Positions 11,038 to 19,948 of a DNA stretch of 64,000 bases are shown here, in pieces; position 1 is the first letter of the stretch, and each line of letters opens with the position of its first letter. The DNA lies in the NCBI GenBank assembly GCA_041649715.1, contig JBAZMP010000002.1:132964-196963 (forward strand), given 5' to 3'. Both the position numbers and the translations under genes were made by a program. The DNA is from Patescibacteria group bacterium (GTDB lineage Bacteria; Patescibacteriota; Patescibacteriia; JAXHNJ01). The notes under the pieces were generated by a model. That model worked only from the letters and a program-made list of their open reading frames with translations. It was not told the DNA's origin and made no database searches.

Positions 11038-11093
11038 GTGGTTGATTAGTTAATTAATAAGGTGGTTTTGGTTTTTGATTATTGGGTATGGTC

Positions 11094-11600
11094 TCAGATC
11101 TTTATCTCGCAATATGACTGGCTTAGTCTTTTAGCTTTTGAGAGAGAAAGTAATTTTATTATTATTGCGTGTTCAAGTTTCGCCTCTTTTAAAGAAATTT
11201 TCCGGTCAATTGTTTCAAGCTCAATAAATTTTCCCAGGTCTTTTACGATATCCAAGTGTATGCGGGTATTTTTATATAACCATAGATAGCGGACTTTTTT
11301 GATTATGTTTTTGACGCCGAAAGCATCTTTAAAAAGTTTTTTAAGAGATTCAACCTGATTACTTTTTAGATTAATAACCTGTAAATTTGAAATCTTGGGT
11401 TTATCTATGTCCGGCCGCTGATAATATATTAGTTCGAAACAACGATTATTTATTTCTCTGATTTTTAAACGGCCCTTTTGGCAATAATAGTAGGTATCCA
11501 GCTGATTTAACTTTCCCGCATATTTTGCCTTTATTCTTTTAAGTGATATTTTTATTTCGTCAAACTCTCTAAGCTTGAATTTTGACTCGACGTTTTTCAT
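11094..11600 (-). CDS. CYTH-domain protein (triphosphate-tunnel metalloenzyme; class IV adenylate cyclase / thiamine-triphosphatase-like)
   Basis: N-terminal ExKF signature (VESKFKL) and a beta-barrel-like alternation. Very AT-rich gene. Confidence 0.55.
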   Translation of the reverse strand: MKNVESKFKLREFDEIKISLKRIKAKYAGKLNQLDTYYYCQKGRLKIREINNRCFELIYYQRPDIDKPKISNLQVINLKSNQVESLKKLFKDAFGVKNIIKKVRYLWLYKNTRIHLDIVKDLGKFIELETIDRKISLKEAKLEHAIIIKLLSLSKAKRLSQSYCEIKI

Positions 11601-11608
11601 AACAGCAT

Positions 11609-12205
11609 TTACTTTTTCAGCTTTTTATACGTCATTTTTTTCAGGCCTTGCCACCAATCGGTGGAGGAGGATTTTTCAATGACTTTAAGTATTTCTTTGG
11701 CTGAGGGAGTTTCTAGCGCTTTCCGGACATTATCAATCCAGTTCTGCATGGCGGGATAACCCTGTTCGATGAATTCCTTGGCCGAAACCGCGGTTTCCAA
11801 CCAGTCCGCGTCCTGGGCGATAACACCTTCTTTGGTGTTTCTTTTATTTTTTTCATGATAAAGCTTCAGCCAGGTATCACGTGTTTTATTAGGCAGGGCG
11901 CTGATTTGCTCCAAGAAGGCTTTTTTCTCAGCCGGGCCCGTATCTATATAGCGCGCGGAAACTTTATGGTGGTCGCCGGTCCGAATTTCCGGGAAATCAT
12001 GGATCAGACACATTATACAGGTTTTTTCCGGATTAACATTTTCCAAATCAGCCAAGAGGTAGGCAATGGTCGCGGTCCGGACGGTATGATCCGCCAGACT
12101 GGTTAAATCATTGACGCCGGCAAGCAGTGGCCCGGTGTGTTTTTGCCTTTTGAGCAGGCCGAGTTCAAAAAAGAAATCGGCGATCTTTTTATAATTTGTG
12201 GTCAT
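11609..12205 (-). CDS. HD-domain phosphohydrolase (YfbR/HD_3-like)
   Basis: H...HD...D motifs (HTVRTATIAYLL ... LIHDFPEIRTGD). Confidence 0.7.
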   Translation of the reverse strand: MTTNYKKIADFFFELGLLKRQKHTGPLLAGVNDLTSLADHTVRTATIAYLLADLENVNPEKTCIMCLIHDFPEIRTGDHHKVSARYIDTGPAEKKAFLEQISALPNKTRDTWLKLYHEKNKRNTKEGVIAQDADWLETAVSAKEFIEQGYPAMQNWIDNVRKALETPSAKEILKVIEKSSSTDWWQGLKKMTYKKLKK

Positions 12206-13043
12206 ATGGTTGTTTATTTAAATATTCAGAATTAAGATAAGTGTTTTCCAGCAAGTATGCCACGGTCAAGGGTCCCACGCCGCCCGGAACAGGGGAAAGC
12301 CAGGCCGCCTTGTTTTTGACGTCCTCAAAATCCACATCGCCGACCGTTTTTCCTTCTTCCGTGCGGTTGGTGCCGACATCGATCAGGATCGCTTTTTCCT
12401 TGATCACATTGGCTTTAATGAGCAGCGGTCGGCCGTAGGCGGCAATCACGATATCGGCCTCGCGGATGGCATCCTGGAAGTAGTCACCGGATTTTTTGAA
12501 CGTAACTTCCGCTTTCTTTTTTCCTAAGATGAACTTTAAGGGTTGGATGAAAACATCGCTGTTCGCCAGAATAACCGCTTTTTTCCCCCTGAGATTAACC
12601 TTGGTTTCTTTTAATAATGTCAAGATGCTCTTGATTAATCCCGGAACGATCACTTTTTGGCCCAGAATAAGATTTTTGATATTAAAGGGATGAAAGCCGT
12701 CGGCATCTTTCTGCCAATTTATCTGTTTAATGATATTATCTTCGTCCAGATGGCGGGGTAGAGGAAGTTGAACAATAATGCCGTGGATCTTGGGATCATG
12801 GTTAAGATTTTCTATTTTTTCGATAATTTCCTTTTCCTGGGTATAGGTGCTAAAGAAGTGTTTTTCAAAATATATTCCTACTTCTTTGGCCGCTTTTTCC
12901 TTGAGTTTGACGTAAAGTTGGGAAGCGGGGTCATCGCCGACTAAAATCACGGCCAGGCCGGGAGCGTAAGTCAGTTGTGAAACTTGAGTTTTTAGCTTGC
13001 CGAGGATTTTTGAGGCTAAAGATTTACCGTCAATAAGCTTCAT
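12189..13043 (-). CDS. folD: Bifunctional methylenetetrahydrofolate dehydrogenase/cyclohydrolase
   Basis: LAVILVGDDPASQLYVKLK and GGVGPLTVA motifs. Confidence 0.9.
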   Translation of the reverse strand: MKLIDGKSLASKILGKLKTQVSQLTYAPGLAVILVGDDPASQLYVKLKEKAAKEVGIYFEKHFFSTYTQEKEIIEKIENLNHDPKIHGIIVQLPLPRHLDEDNIIKQINWQKDADGFHPFNIKNLILGQKVIVPGLIKSILTLLKETKVNLRGKKAVILANSDVFIQPLKFILGKKKAEVTFKKSGDYFQDAIREADIVIAAYGRPLLIKANVIKEKAILIDVGTNRTEEGKTVGDVDFEDVKNKAAWLSPVPGGVGPLTVAYLLENTYLNSEYLNKQPYDHKL

Positions 13044-13050
13044 AAAAATA

Positions 13051-13590
13051 TTATTTTTTATTAGTAGAATTATTAACGTTATTTCCCCCCTTCTTTAATA
13101 TAGTAGTAATGGTTGCAACAATAATTAGAAAGACGGACCCCAAAATATACATTAAAAGGAGATAGTTAGGCTTATTCTGATTTGTTACGTCTAAGAGAAA
13201 ATAAGGCGGTTGATACCAATCACTCTCAGAGTCTTTGAATATTCTGCCTTCAATTTTTTGGCCAATACTAATAGGATTTTTGTCGTATTCTTCGGCCGTT
13301 AGTTCTACTTGTTGTATATTTTGGGTAAATTTTTCGTCGCAAGGTGGTCCCTGTCCTTTCCTTTTATCAATATTTGTGATATTTAGATTCACAAGATAAT
13401 AATCTCTGTAGGTAAATAAACCTGCCATGTAATAAGCGTCATCTGGCCCATCAAATTTTTTGAATTCTATGTTTGTTATGGTTGCCGTGATTTTACAAGA
13501 GCTTGTATCTCCAGCCGCGGCCCTAGCTTCTTTTGCTAAAAAAGAGACAAAAAGTATTATTAAAAGGAAGAGTAGTTTATTCGCTTTCAT
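13051..13590 (-). CDS. Hypothetical exported protein with a signal peptide and a C-terminal TM anchor; AT-rich
   Basis: N-terminal hydrophobic signal ending ...AKEARA, and a C-terminal helix. Confidence 0.4.
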   Translation of the reverse strand: MKANKLLFLLIILFVSFLAKEARAAAGDTSSCKITATITNIEFKKFDGPDDAYYMAGLFTYRDYYLVNLNITNIDKRKGQGPPCDEKFTQNIQQVELTAEEYDKNPISIGQKIEGRIFKDSESDWYQPPYFLLDVTNQNKPNYLLLMYILGSVFLIIVATITTILKKGGNNVNNSTNKK

Positions 13591-13594
13591 TATA

Positions 13595-14836
13595 TTATAT
13601 TAATTCTGGATAAAGCGGATATTTTTCGGTTAAATCGTGAACTATTTTTAGCACTTCTTTTTTAACCGTATCATCGGTTGGATTCTTTAAAACCCTGGCG
13701 ATCAATTTTCCGATAATTACCATATCGTCTTCTTTAAACCCGCGGGTCGTTAAAGCCGGTGTACCTAATCTAATACCAGAAGGATCCAGAGGTTTTCTCG
13801 GATCATCGGGGATCATATTTTTGTTGACCGTAATTTTAACCGAGTCCAGTAGCTCTTGGGTTTGTTTGCCGGCCAGGCCAAAAGGCGTGACGTCGGTTAA
13901 GATTAAGTGATTCTCGGTCGTGCCGAAACAAATTTTAAAACCCTCATTTTTTAAGGTGTCACAAAGAACTTTAGCGTTCTTTTTGACTTGTCTGGCATAT
14001 TCTTTGAATTCCGGCTGCAAAGCTTCTTTAAAAGCCACGGCTTTGGCGGCGATATTGTGCTCGTGCGGCCCGCCCTGAAAACCGGGAAACACGGCTTTAT
14101 CAATGGCGCTGGCATATTTTTCTTTGCACATGATCAGGCCGCCTCTGGGGCCGCGCAAGGTTTTATGAGTGGTGGTCGTTATTACATCGAAAATCGGCAC
14201 GGGATTGTTCATTTCTCCGGCCGCGATCAAGCCGGCGATATGGGCGACATCTGCCATGGTAATGGCGCCTATTTCATCCGCGATTTCCTTGAATTTTTTA
14301 TAATCCAAATCCCGAGAATAGGCGGAGTAGCCGCACAAAATTATTTTTGGCTTATATTCATGCGCTAATTTTCTGACCATTCCGAAATCGATCAAGCCTT
14401 CCGGCGTGGTCTTGTACCTCACGAATTTAAAAAGTTTGGCCATATAAGTCACGGGGTGGCCGTGCGTCAAATGTCCGCCGTGGGAGAGGTCCATGCCCAA
14501 AACCGTGTCGCCGGGCGAAAGTAAGGCGAAATAAACCGCCACGTTGGCCGGCGCTCCGGAGAGCGGCTGGACATTGACGTGCTCCGCGCCAAAAAGTTTT
14601 TTCGCCCGATCAATGGCGATCTGTTCCACCGTATCCACATTTTCCGTGCCGCCGTAATATCTTTTGCCGGGGTAGCCTTCGGAGTATTTATTGGTCAAAA
14701 CGCTGCCCAGAGCCTCCAAGACGGCCAGGGAAACGAAATTTTCCGAAGGGATCATTTCCAGGCCTTCTTGTTGGCGTTTGATTTCGGCCGCGATGGCGCG
14801 GGCAATTTCCTTATCTTGTTTTTCCAGCTGTTTCAT
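13595..14836 (-). CDS. glyA: Serine hydroxymethyltransferase
   Basis: [10 protein letters not shown] start and the PLP-lysine region [14 protein letters not shown]. Confidence 0.95.
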   Translation of the reverse strand: MKQLEKQDKEIARAIAAEIKRQQEGLEMIPSENFVSLAVLEALGSVLTNKYSEGYPGKRYYGGTENVDTVEQIAIDRAKKLFGAEHVNVQPLSGAPANVAVYFALLSPGDTVLGMDLSHGGHLTHGHPVTYMAKLFKFVRYKTTPEGLIDFGMVRKLAHEYKPKIILCGYSAYSRDLDYKKFKEIADEIGAITMADVAHIAGLIAAGEMNNPVPIFDVITTTTHKTLRGPRGGLIMCKEKYASAIDKAVFPGFQGGPHEHNIAAKAVAFKEALQPEFKEYARQVKKNAKVLCDTLKNEGFKICFGTTENHLILTDVTPFGLAGKQTQELLDSVKITVNKNMIPDDPRKPLDPSGIRLGTPALTTRGFKEDDMVIIGKLIARVLKNPTDDTVKKEVLKIVHDLTEKYPLYPELI

Positions 14837-14876
14837 AAACGTGATTATTTTAGCACAAAAAGCCAGATTTTACGAG

Positions 14877-14905
14877 TTGACAAGGAATAATATCCATGAT
14901 AAAAA
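14877..14905 (+). promoter_or_regulatory. Putative sigma70 promoter (TTGACA, 17-nt spacer, TAAAAA) ahead of the 14961 gene
   Basis: Hexamers read directly from the sequence. Confidence 0.35.
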
Positions 14906-14960
14906 GATGACAAATATCAAAGTCGCTCATTAGCAACGAAACGAAAAAGGAGGGGAAATA

Positions 14961-15347
14961 ATGGCGCAAGAAAAACGCGTCTTGGTTGTTTGTCATGTGG
15001 AAGCCGTGCTTTGGCCGATAGTCAGAAGATACAAAGAAGCGGGCTGGCAGGTGCAAGCGGCGAGTAATTTGCCTTCCGGCATGAGGATTTTTGAGGCCAA
15101 TCCAATCGGGTTCGACCTGGTGATCATGGATGAAGATCATGGCTGCGAGAATGGTTCTTTCCGCGACGTGCTGGCTGGCCTGCGCGAGATCAGGTGTTTG
15201 AATGGCCAGTGCGTGGTTATTGCCATGACGACCATAGCCAGAAGCAAAGTGGAAGTCAGGGATCTGAAAGAATGGGTCAATAAGGTTATAGACAGAAAGT
15301 CTTGGCCCACTCTCGTTGCTCTGTCGGCGCAGTATTTCAAGAAATAA
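14961..15347 (+). CDS. Atypical CheY-like receiver-domain protein; the N-terminal Asp-Asp pair is replaced by Cys-His
   Basis: Strong AGGAGG Shine-Dalgarno. Receiver-like signatures RVLVVCHVE, DLVIMDED and VVIAMTT. Confidence 0.45.
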   Translation: MAQEKRVLVVCHVEAVLWPIVRRYKEAGWQVQAASNLPSGMRIFEANPIGFDLVIMDEDHGCENGSFRDVLAGLREIRCLNGQCVVIAMTTIARSKVEVRDLKEWVNKVIDRKSWPTLVALSAQYFKK

Positions 15348-15380
15348 TAATTGTTTACAAGATCCAAGGAGGTGAATCTG

Positions 15381-15752
15381 ATGGGAGAGGAATTCCGGTA
15401 TGAACTGCGGGTGCTTAGTGACACCGACTATAACGGTTTCGCCGAAGTGATGTTCTGGTACTTCGCGAATGGGGTTCAGTCGGCGACACACGCGAGCAGC
15501 CATTCGGTCAGACGCAAGTTTCCGTCGGGGACCCTTGTTCTCTGCCGCTTGAAAGCGGGCAAGGATAAAGATGGTCAACCCGGTTATTTCATGGCCGGTT
15601 TCGCCGAAGTCAAGCAGTCGGAGGCTAATGGCCGGCCGGTGGAATTCGGAGAAACGCTCAGTAATTCGGGTGTCGATGATTGGCAGCCGCCGGACAAGGA
15701 TACGCCGATCTTCGACTGTCGCACCAAAGGGGAGGCCAAGCAAATTCAATAG
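15381..15752 (+). CDS. Hypothetical protein (124 aa), co-transcribed with the receiver-like gene
   Basis: AGGAGG Shine-Dalgarno 8 nt upstream of the ATG. Confidence 0.45.
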   Translation: MGEEFRYELRVLSDTDYNGFAEVMFWYFANGVQSATHASSHSVRRKFPSGTLVLCRLKAGKDKDGQPGYFMAGFAEVKQSEANGRPVEFGETLSNSGVDDWQPPDKDTPIFDCRTKGEAKQIQ

Positions 15753-15765
15753 AAATATTTCCTAC

Positions 15766-15823
15766 GGGCACCGATAAACGGTGCCTTTTTCTATTGACAA
15801 AAGAGTTAACTTGTGATAAGAAA
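15766..15823 (+). promoter_or_regulatory. Terminator hairpin (gggcaccgataaacggtgcc + T-run) directly fused to a TTGACA -35 element; copy 1 of a duplicated terminator-promoter module
   Basis: About 34 nt nearly identical to 16404-16461. Confidence 0.55.
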
Positions 15824-15873
15824 AAGGCAGACTTTTGTTCATTGAGTCTTTACAGAATTAAAGGAGGGCACGC

Positions 15874-16383
15874 GTGGGTCGAATAATGTTCGTGATCCTG
15901 GTTATTTTAGCAGGTATTGGTCTGATGAGTTGCGGCAAGAGTGGCGATCAGGTCGTTCGGGAACAGCTGGCTGGCCGGCCGGCTGATACCTTGACCACGT
16001 TTACCGTGGATTCACGCGAATTGTCTGAATGTCTTGCGAGCATGAGGGATTTTTACGGCCAGAAGATGGAACGGCCAAAATATGTCCTTTATCGCGACAA
16101 GAAATGGCAGTTTCATTTCGTCAGCCCGGCGGTCATGGGTCAGGCAGTGATCGAATTCTGCGAGGAGCAATTTGATCGGGACCTGATTCCCCGGGATCAG
16201 AAATGGGGCAAGGAATTTGCCCAGCACTATATAGTTTTGTCCTACGCGACCAGAGAGTGGCCGGACGCGAAAAAAAACAAGGAAAAGGCCAAACTTTTTG
16301 ACAAGATATTTTCCAGCATTTGCGGCATAGATGATTTGACGAAAAATCATCTTGTTCAGGGAGGCGGAACTCTACTCGAGTAA
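15874..16383 (+). CDS. Putative lipoprotein (169 aa)
   Basis: AGGAGG Shine-Dalgarno + GTG start, and a signal peptide with an L-M-S-C lipobox. Confidence 0.5.
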   Translation: MGRIMFVILVILAGIGLMSCGKSGDQVVREQLAGRPADTLTTFTVDSRELSECLASMRDFYGQKMERPKYVLYRDKKWQFHFVSPAVMGQAVIEFCEEQFDRDLIPRDQKWGKEFAQHYIVLSYATREWPDAKKNKEKAKLFDKIFSSICGIDDLTKNHLVQGGGTLLE

Positions 16384-16403
16384 AGCCCAGAAGTGAAAAC
16401 AGG

Positions 16404-16461
16404 GGCACCCGTAAAACGGTGCCTTTTTTCTATTGACTGAATATGTGTTTTATGATAAAAA
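16404..16461 (+). promoter_or_regulatory. Copy 2 of the terminator-promoter module (ggcacccgtaaaacggtgcc + T-run, TTGACT, 17-nt spacer, TAAAAA)
   Basis: Repeat of 15766-15823. Confidence 0.55.
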
Positions 16462-16499
16462 GTCTTTATTCAGCGTTCTTTAACAAAGAGGTGATAATC

Positions 16500-16919
16500 A
16501 TGAAAAAGCTGGTCAGACCAACGGAGCCGACGCCTTTCGCGAAGTGGATGGGCGTCAAAAAGCTGGGAGAATATGACGGGATCAAACATACTTACGTTGT
16601 CGTAGCGCAGGTTCCCCCGGAGGCGCTTAATTTTTTCGGCACCGTGCATGGCGGTTATCTGGCCGGCTTGTTTGATGATGCATTCGGGATGCTGGCTTAC
16701 TTCATTTACGGAGTTAATTCCGCGACGACATTCGATGGAAACGTGAAGCCTTTGAAAATGTTAAGGCTGTCCGGCGGTAACAGTTTAGTGTTCGAAACTC
16801 GTTTCAAGGAAGAATCGGATTGTGTCATTCAGCTGGAGGGTTCGGTGAAAAGAGGAAACATTATCATGGCAGAAGCGGTAAGTTTCTGGCTCTTGAGAAA
16901 GAATCGAGGCGGGAAATGA
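16500..16919 (+). CDS. Hotdog-fold thioesterase (PaaI / 4HBT-like)
   Basis: HGGYLAGLFDDAFG motif; AAAGAGG Shine-Dalgarno. Confidence 0.65.
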   Translation: MKKLVRPTEPTPFAKWMGVKKLGEYDGIKHTYVVVAQVPPEALNFFGTVHGGYLAGLFDDAFGMLAYFIYGVNSATTFDGNVKPLKMLRLSGGNSLVFETRFKEESDCVIQLEGSVKRGNIIMAEAVSFWLLRKNRGGK

Positions 16920-17008
16920 AAAAGAGAAGAATACCGGATTGGGTTTGGTTTATTGCGGGATTTTTAGCCGCATGGTTAATATTGGGTTTGATCCTTGGGG
17001 GCTGCTAG
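16916..17008 (+). CDS. 30-aa hydrophobic peptide, ATGA-coupled to the thioesterase stop
   Basis: Sequence MKKRRIPDWVWFIAGFLAAWLILGLILGGC, a single TM helix. Confidence 0.3.
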   Translation: MKKRRIPDWVWFIAGFLAAWLILGLILGGC

Positions 17009-17023
17009 AAAAGGAGAAGAAAA

Positions 17024-17491
17024 ATGAAAAGAATGGGCGGAATGATCGGACTGGTTATATTGTTGTTTGCTATTCTCTTGTTCTTTTATTTTGATACGCC
17101 CAGGCTTCAGACCTGTAAGATTAGCTCTCAATCGCAGGCGACTCAAATCTATGCCGCTTTGCTCCGGGCCGAAACAAAAGGGGAAAAAGCCCAGGGATAT
17201 CTTCTTGTTTTTAAAGACCACGGCCGGGGTTGTCAAATTCGGGGCGAGGCGGCGGTGGACGCGCTGGTCGTCTATCACGAAAAAATCGCCCAGGCCTTGC
17301 CTGATAGCCTGGTCGGATTCCTCTCGGGCCGGATTGAGCTGATAAAATCCGAAAAAGAACAGTGGCGCAAGGCTAAGGGCAAATTGCAAAGACGAATGGC
17401 TTTGGGCCATATTTGCGGCGCTCTGGAGATTCTTAATAACCGGGAAGAGGTTTACGAGATAAGGGCGGTCAAGGACCGATTGTTCGATTGA
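17024..17491 (+). CDS. Hypothetical membrane-anchored protein (155 aa)
   Basis: AAGGAG Shine-Dalgarno and an N-terminal TM helix. Confidence 0.45.
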   Translation: MKRMGGMIGLVILLFAILLFFYFDTPRLQTCKISSQSQATQIYAALLRAETKGEKAQGYLLVFKDHGRGCQIRGEAAVDALVVYHEKIAQALPDSLVGFLSGRIELIKSEKEQWRKAKGKLQRRMALGHICGALEILNNREEVYEIRAVKDRLFD

Positions 17492-17512
17492 ACCAAAAAG
17501 AATTATTTCTAA

Positions 17513-17545
17513 GCAAGGTCGCTTTAAAAGAGCGGCCTTTTTATA
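17513..17545 (+). terminator. Rho-independent terminator (aaggtcgct...agcggcctt + T-run)
   Basis: Stem with one G-U wobble pair, followed by five Ts. Confidence 0.5.
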
Positions 17546-17616
17546 TCGAAAGAAATTGAATTTTCTTACGGGATTAATATCTTGCCTTTTATGGCGCAAA
17601 ACGCTAATATAAAAAC

Positions 17617-18306
17617 ATGACGAAAAAAGGCCAAAAAATCATCATTATCGTAATCGTGGTCCTGGTGGCCATCATCGGTTTCTTGGTAATCGCCCGCCTA
17701 ATAACAGGCGAGGATACTTGGATATGCTCAAACGGCGAATGGGTAAAACATGGTCAGCCTTCGGCCGCCAAACCGACCAGCGGCTGTGGAAATGTTAACA
17801 CTAACCTTAGTAATAGCAATAGTGATGCCAATACTAATTCGAGCGAGAATACCAATTCTACGGCCGGCAGTTTTGATGCCTGCGTGTTAGCGGGCAATCC
17901 AGTGCAGGAAAGCTATCCGCGGAGATGCGCCATGAACGGTCAAACATACACGGAAGATATCGGCAACGAACTGGAAAAAGCGGACTTGATTACGATTACT
18001 TCGCCGCGCCCTAACGCCATAGTGACTAGCCCCATGAGCGTTTCCGGGCAGGCAAAAGGTACCTGGTTTTTTGAGGGCGTTTTTCCGGTCAAATTAACGG
18101 ACGAGAATAATAATGTTCTGGCGGAAACGCAAGCGCAGGCTTCCGGCGACTGGATGACGGAAAATTTCGTCGAGTATACCGCCACTTTGACTTATACGAC
18201 GCCTCTTTCCGGTAAATTATATATGATCTTAAGCAAGGCCAATCCTTCCGGTTTGGCCGCCAACGCCGACGAATTGAAAATTCCCCTGAAATTGTCTAGT
18301 GATTAA
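17617..18306 (+). CDS. Membrane-anchored secreted protein with a Ser/Asn-rich linker and a C-terminal Ig-like (Gmad2/GerMN-like) domain
   Basis: N-terminal TM helix, a low-complexity NSNS linker, and a C-terminal GTWFFEGVFPVKLTDENNNVL...GDWMTENFVEY pattern. Confidence 0.4.
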   Translation: MTKKGQKIIIIVIVVLVAIIGFLVIARLITGEDTWICSNGEWVKHGQPSAAKPTSGCGNVNTNLSNSNSDANTNSSENTNSTAGSFDACVLAGNPVQESYPRRCAMNGQTYTEDIGNELEKADLITITSPRPNAIVTSPMSVSGQAKGTWFFEGVFPVKLTDENNNVLAETQAQASGDWMTENFVEYTATLTYTTPLSGKLYMILSKANPSGLAANADELKIPLKLSSD

Positions 18307-19948
18307 TTAATGCTTTCGCCATATAGGTATTTTCCAGACGGTACCCTGATTTTCGGTAATATTCTCTGACGCCGATGCCAGAAATGACGGCGATTTTTTT
18401 ATAGCTTTTTTTACGAACAATCTTTTCCGCTTCTTGCATTAATTTATAACCGAGGCCTGAGTGTTGGACGGCAGAGCGGATTTGGGAATCCGCTCTTCTC
18501 CGGAGCGGGAGGGATTGGCCGTAGGTGTGGAGTTCGCGGATCAGGGCGGTGTCGGATAACATCGCAGACTGGAAAGTCTGCGATGTGGGGTAAGGAGGAT
18601 GTGATGACGACATCCTATTTATTCCCAGCGCAGGCTTTCTAGCCTGCGCGTCATAAATTTGTGGCAGACGCAACCTTAAAAAAGCATAAAGCGTTTTTTT
18701 ATCTTTTGATTCAAGGCTTAGAAAGATTTCCTGGCCGCCAGAAGCATAATATTGTCTTTTAACTAAGATGATATCTTTCCCTTCAATTGTTTTGCTTTTT
18801 GCTTCCCGGCAGCGGATACATTGGCATTTAACCTTTTTATCCTGTAAAAGCTGGCGCAAATTGGTGATTTTATTACCAGCGATGATGCTGTCTCCGGGAA
18901 TATCGCGGATAAGGCGGTTAATCCGGACATAAGGCGGAACAACCTTTTTGATTTTAACCAACAGCTCATTCAGGGTTTTCGGCGAATATGGTTTGAATTG
19001 GCCCTGTTTGTATGATTTGTAAAGTGGCGCGGTTCTTAAAACTACACACGGGTATATTTTAAGCATATCCGGCTGAAAGCGTTCATCGGAAAATATGGTT
19101 TTAAACATCTTTAAGTCTTTGGCGGGTGTGGAGCCGGGTAAATTCGGCATCAGGTGATAAACGATCTTAAAACCAAAATCTTTCAGGATTTTGGTGGCTT
19201 TCACTATGTGTTCAACGGTATGGCCGCGCTTTATTTTCCTTAAAACTTCCGGATAAATACTTTGGATGCCCAGTTCCAAGCGGGTGATCCCTAATTCCCG
19301 CATTTTCCAGGCTTCTTTTTCGGTGACCAAGTCCGGCCGGGTTTCCACGGACAAACCAATAATTCTGTGTCTGGCTTTTTCATTATCTTTTTGCGCTTTT
19401 GGCAAATCAGAGGCCGGCCGGCCATTTGCGGCTTCAAATAATCTTTTCACAAACCACGCTTTGTATTTTTCCGGATAAGCGGTCCAGCTGCCGCCCAGGA
19501 TAATCAGTTCAATTTTATCGGTTGGATGGCCGGTTTTATTCAGAGCCACAATCCGCATTTTCACTTGTTTATACGGATCAAATTTATTCAAAAAAGCGCG
19601 CTGGGCGGCGGGTTCGTTTTTCAGATAGCTTTTCGGCATCCCTTTTTCGCTCGGGCAATACACGCATTTTCCCGGGCAAGGAAAAGGTTTGGTTAAGACC
19701 GTTATTACGCTGACCCCGGATAAAGTCCGGATTTCTCTTCGCTTCAACAATTTCTCAATTCTCTCAATCCTCTTAATACTTCTTTTAGACACCATTTGCC
19801 GATAAACAGCCAAAAGGGTAATATTAGAGAGGAGAGGTGCCTTATATTCTTTAGAGAATTTACGTTTTAACTGAAGTAATTGAGACAGAGAGGTTGTTCT
19901 TGCTCGAACAAGTTTGTTAATGAATTTTTCTTTAATTTTTTCCTTCAT
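18296..19948 (-). CDS. elp3: Elp3-like radical-SAM / GNAT acetyltransferase (tRNA U34 cm5-modification-type enzyme)
   Basis: Radical-SAM Cys cluster CPGKCVYC, the Elp3 core, and a C-terminal GNAT (GLGYKLMQEAE). Confidence 0.75.
   Translation of the reverse strand: MKEKIKEKFINKLVRARTTSLSQLLQLKRKFSKEYKAPLLSNITLLAVYRQMVSKRSIKRIERIEKLLKRREIRTLSGVSVITVLTKPFPCPGKCVYCPSEKGMPKSYLKNEPAAQRAFLNKFDPYKQVKMRIVALNKTGHPTDKIELIILGGSWTAYPEKYKAWFVKRLFEAANGRPASDLPKAQKDNEKARHRIIGLSVETRPDLVTEKEAWKMRELGITRLELGIQSIYPEVLRKIKRGHTVEHIVKATKILKDFGFKIVYHLMPNLPGSTPAKDLKMFKTIFSDERFQPDMLKIYPCVVLRTAPLYKSYKQGQFKPYSPKTLNELLVKIKKVVPPYVRINRLIRDIPGDSIIAGNKITNLRQLLQDKKVKCQCIRCREAKSKTIEGKDIILVKRQYYASGGQEIFLSLESKDKKTLYAFLRLRLPQIYDAQARKPALGINRMSSSHPPYPTSQTFQSAMLSDTALIRELHTYGQSLPLRRRADSQIRSAVQHSGLGYKLMQEAEKIVRKKSYKKIAVISGIGVREYYRKSGYRLENTYMAKALINH

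Noticed and set aside
14850-15749. 299-aa minus-strand ORF antisense to the receiver-like and 124-aa genes
   Set aside because: It has no Shine-Dalgarno and an arginine-rich composition typical of antisense frames in GC-elevated DNA. Both overlapping plus-strand genes have consensus AGGAGG ribosome-binding sites.
15766-16461. Idea that the duplicated 34-nt units are integron attC sites
   Set aside because: They are simple perfect hairpins with T-runs plus a -35 box. They lack the R''/L''-L'/R' core and the extrahelical-base architecture of attC, and no intI is present. Kept as a cassette-like array rather than an integron.
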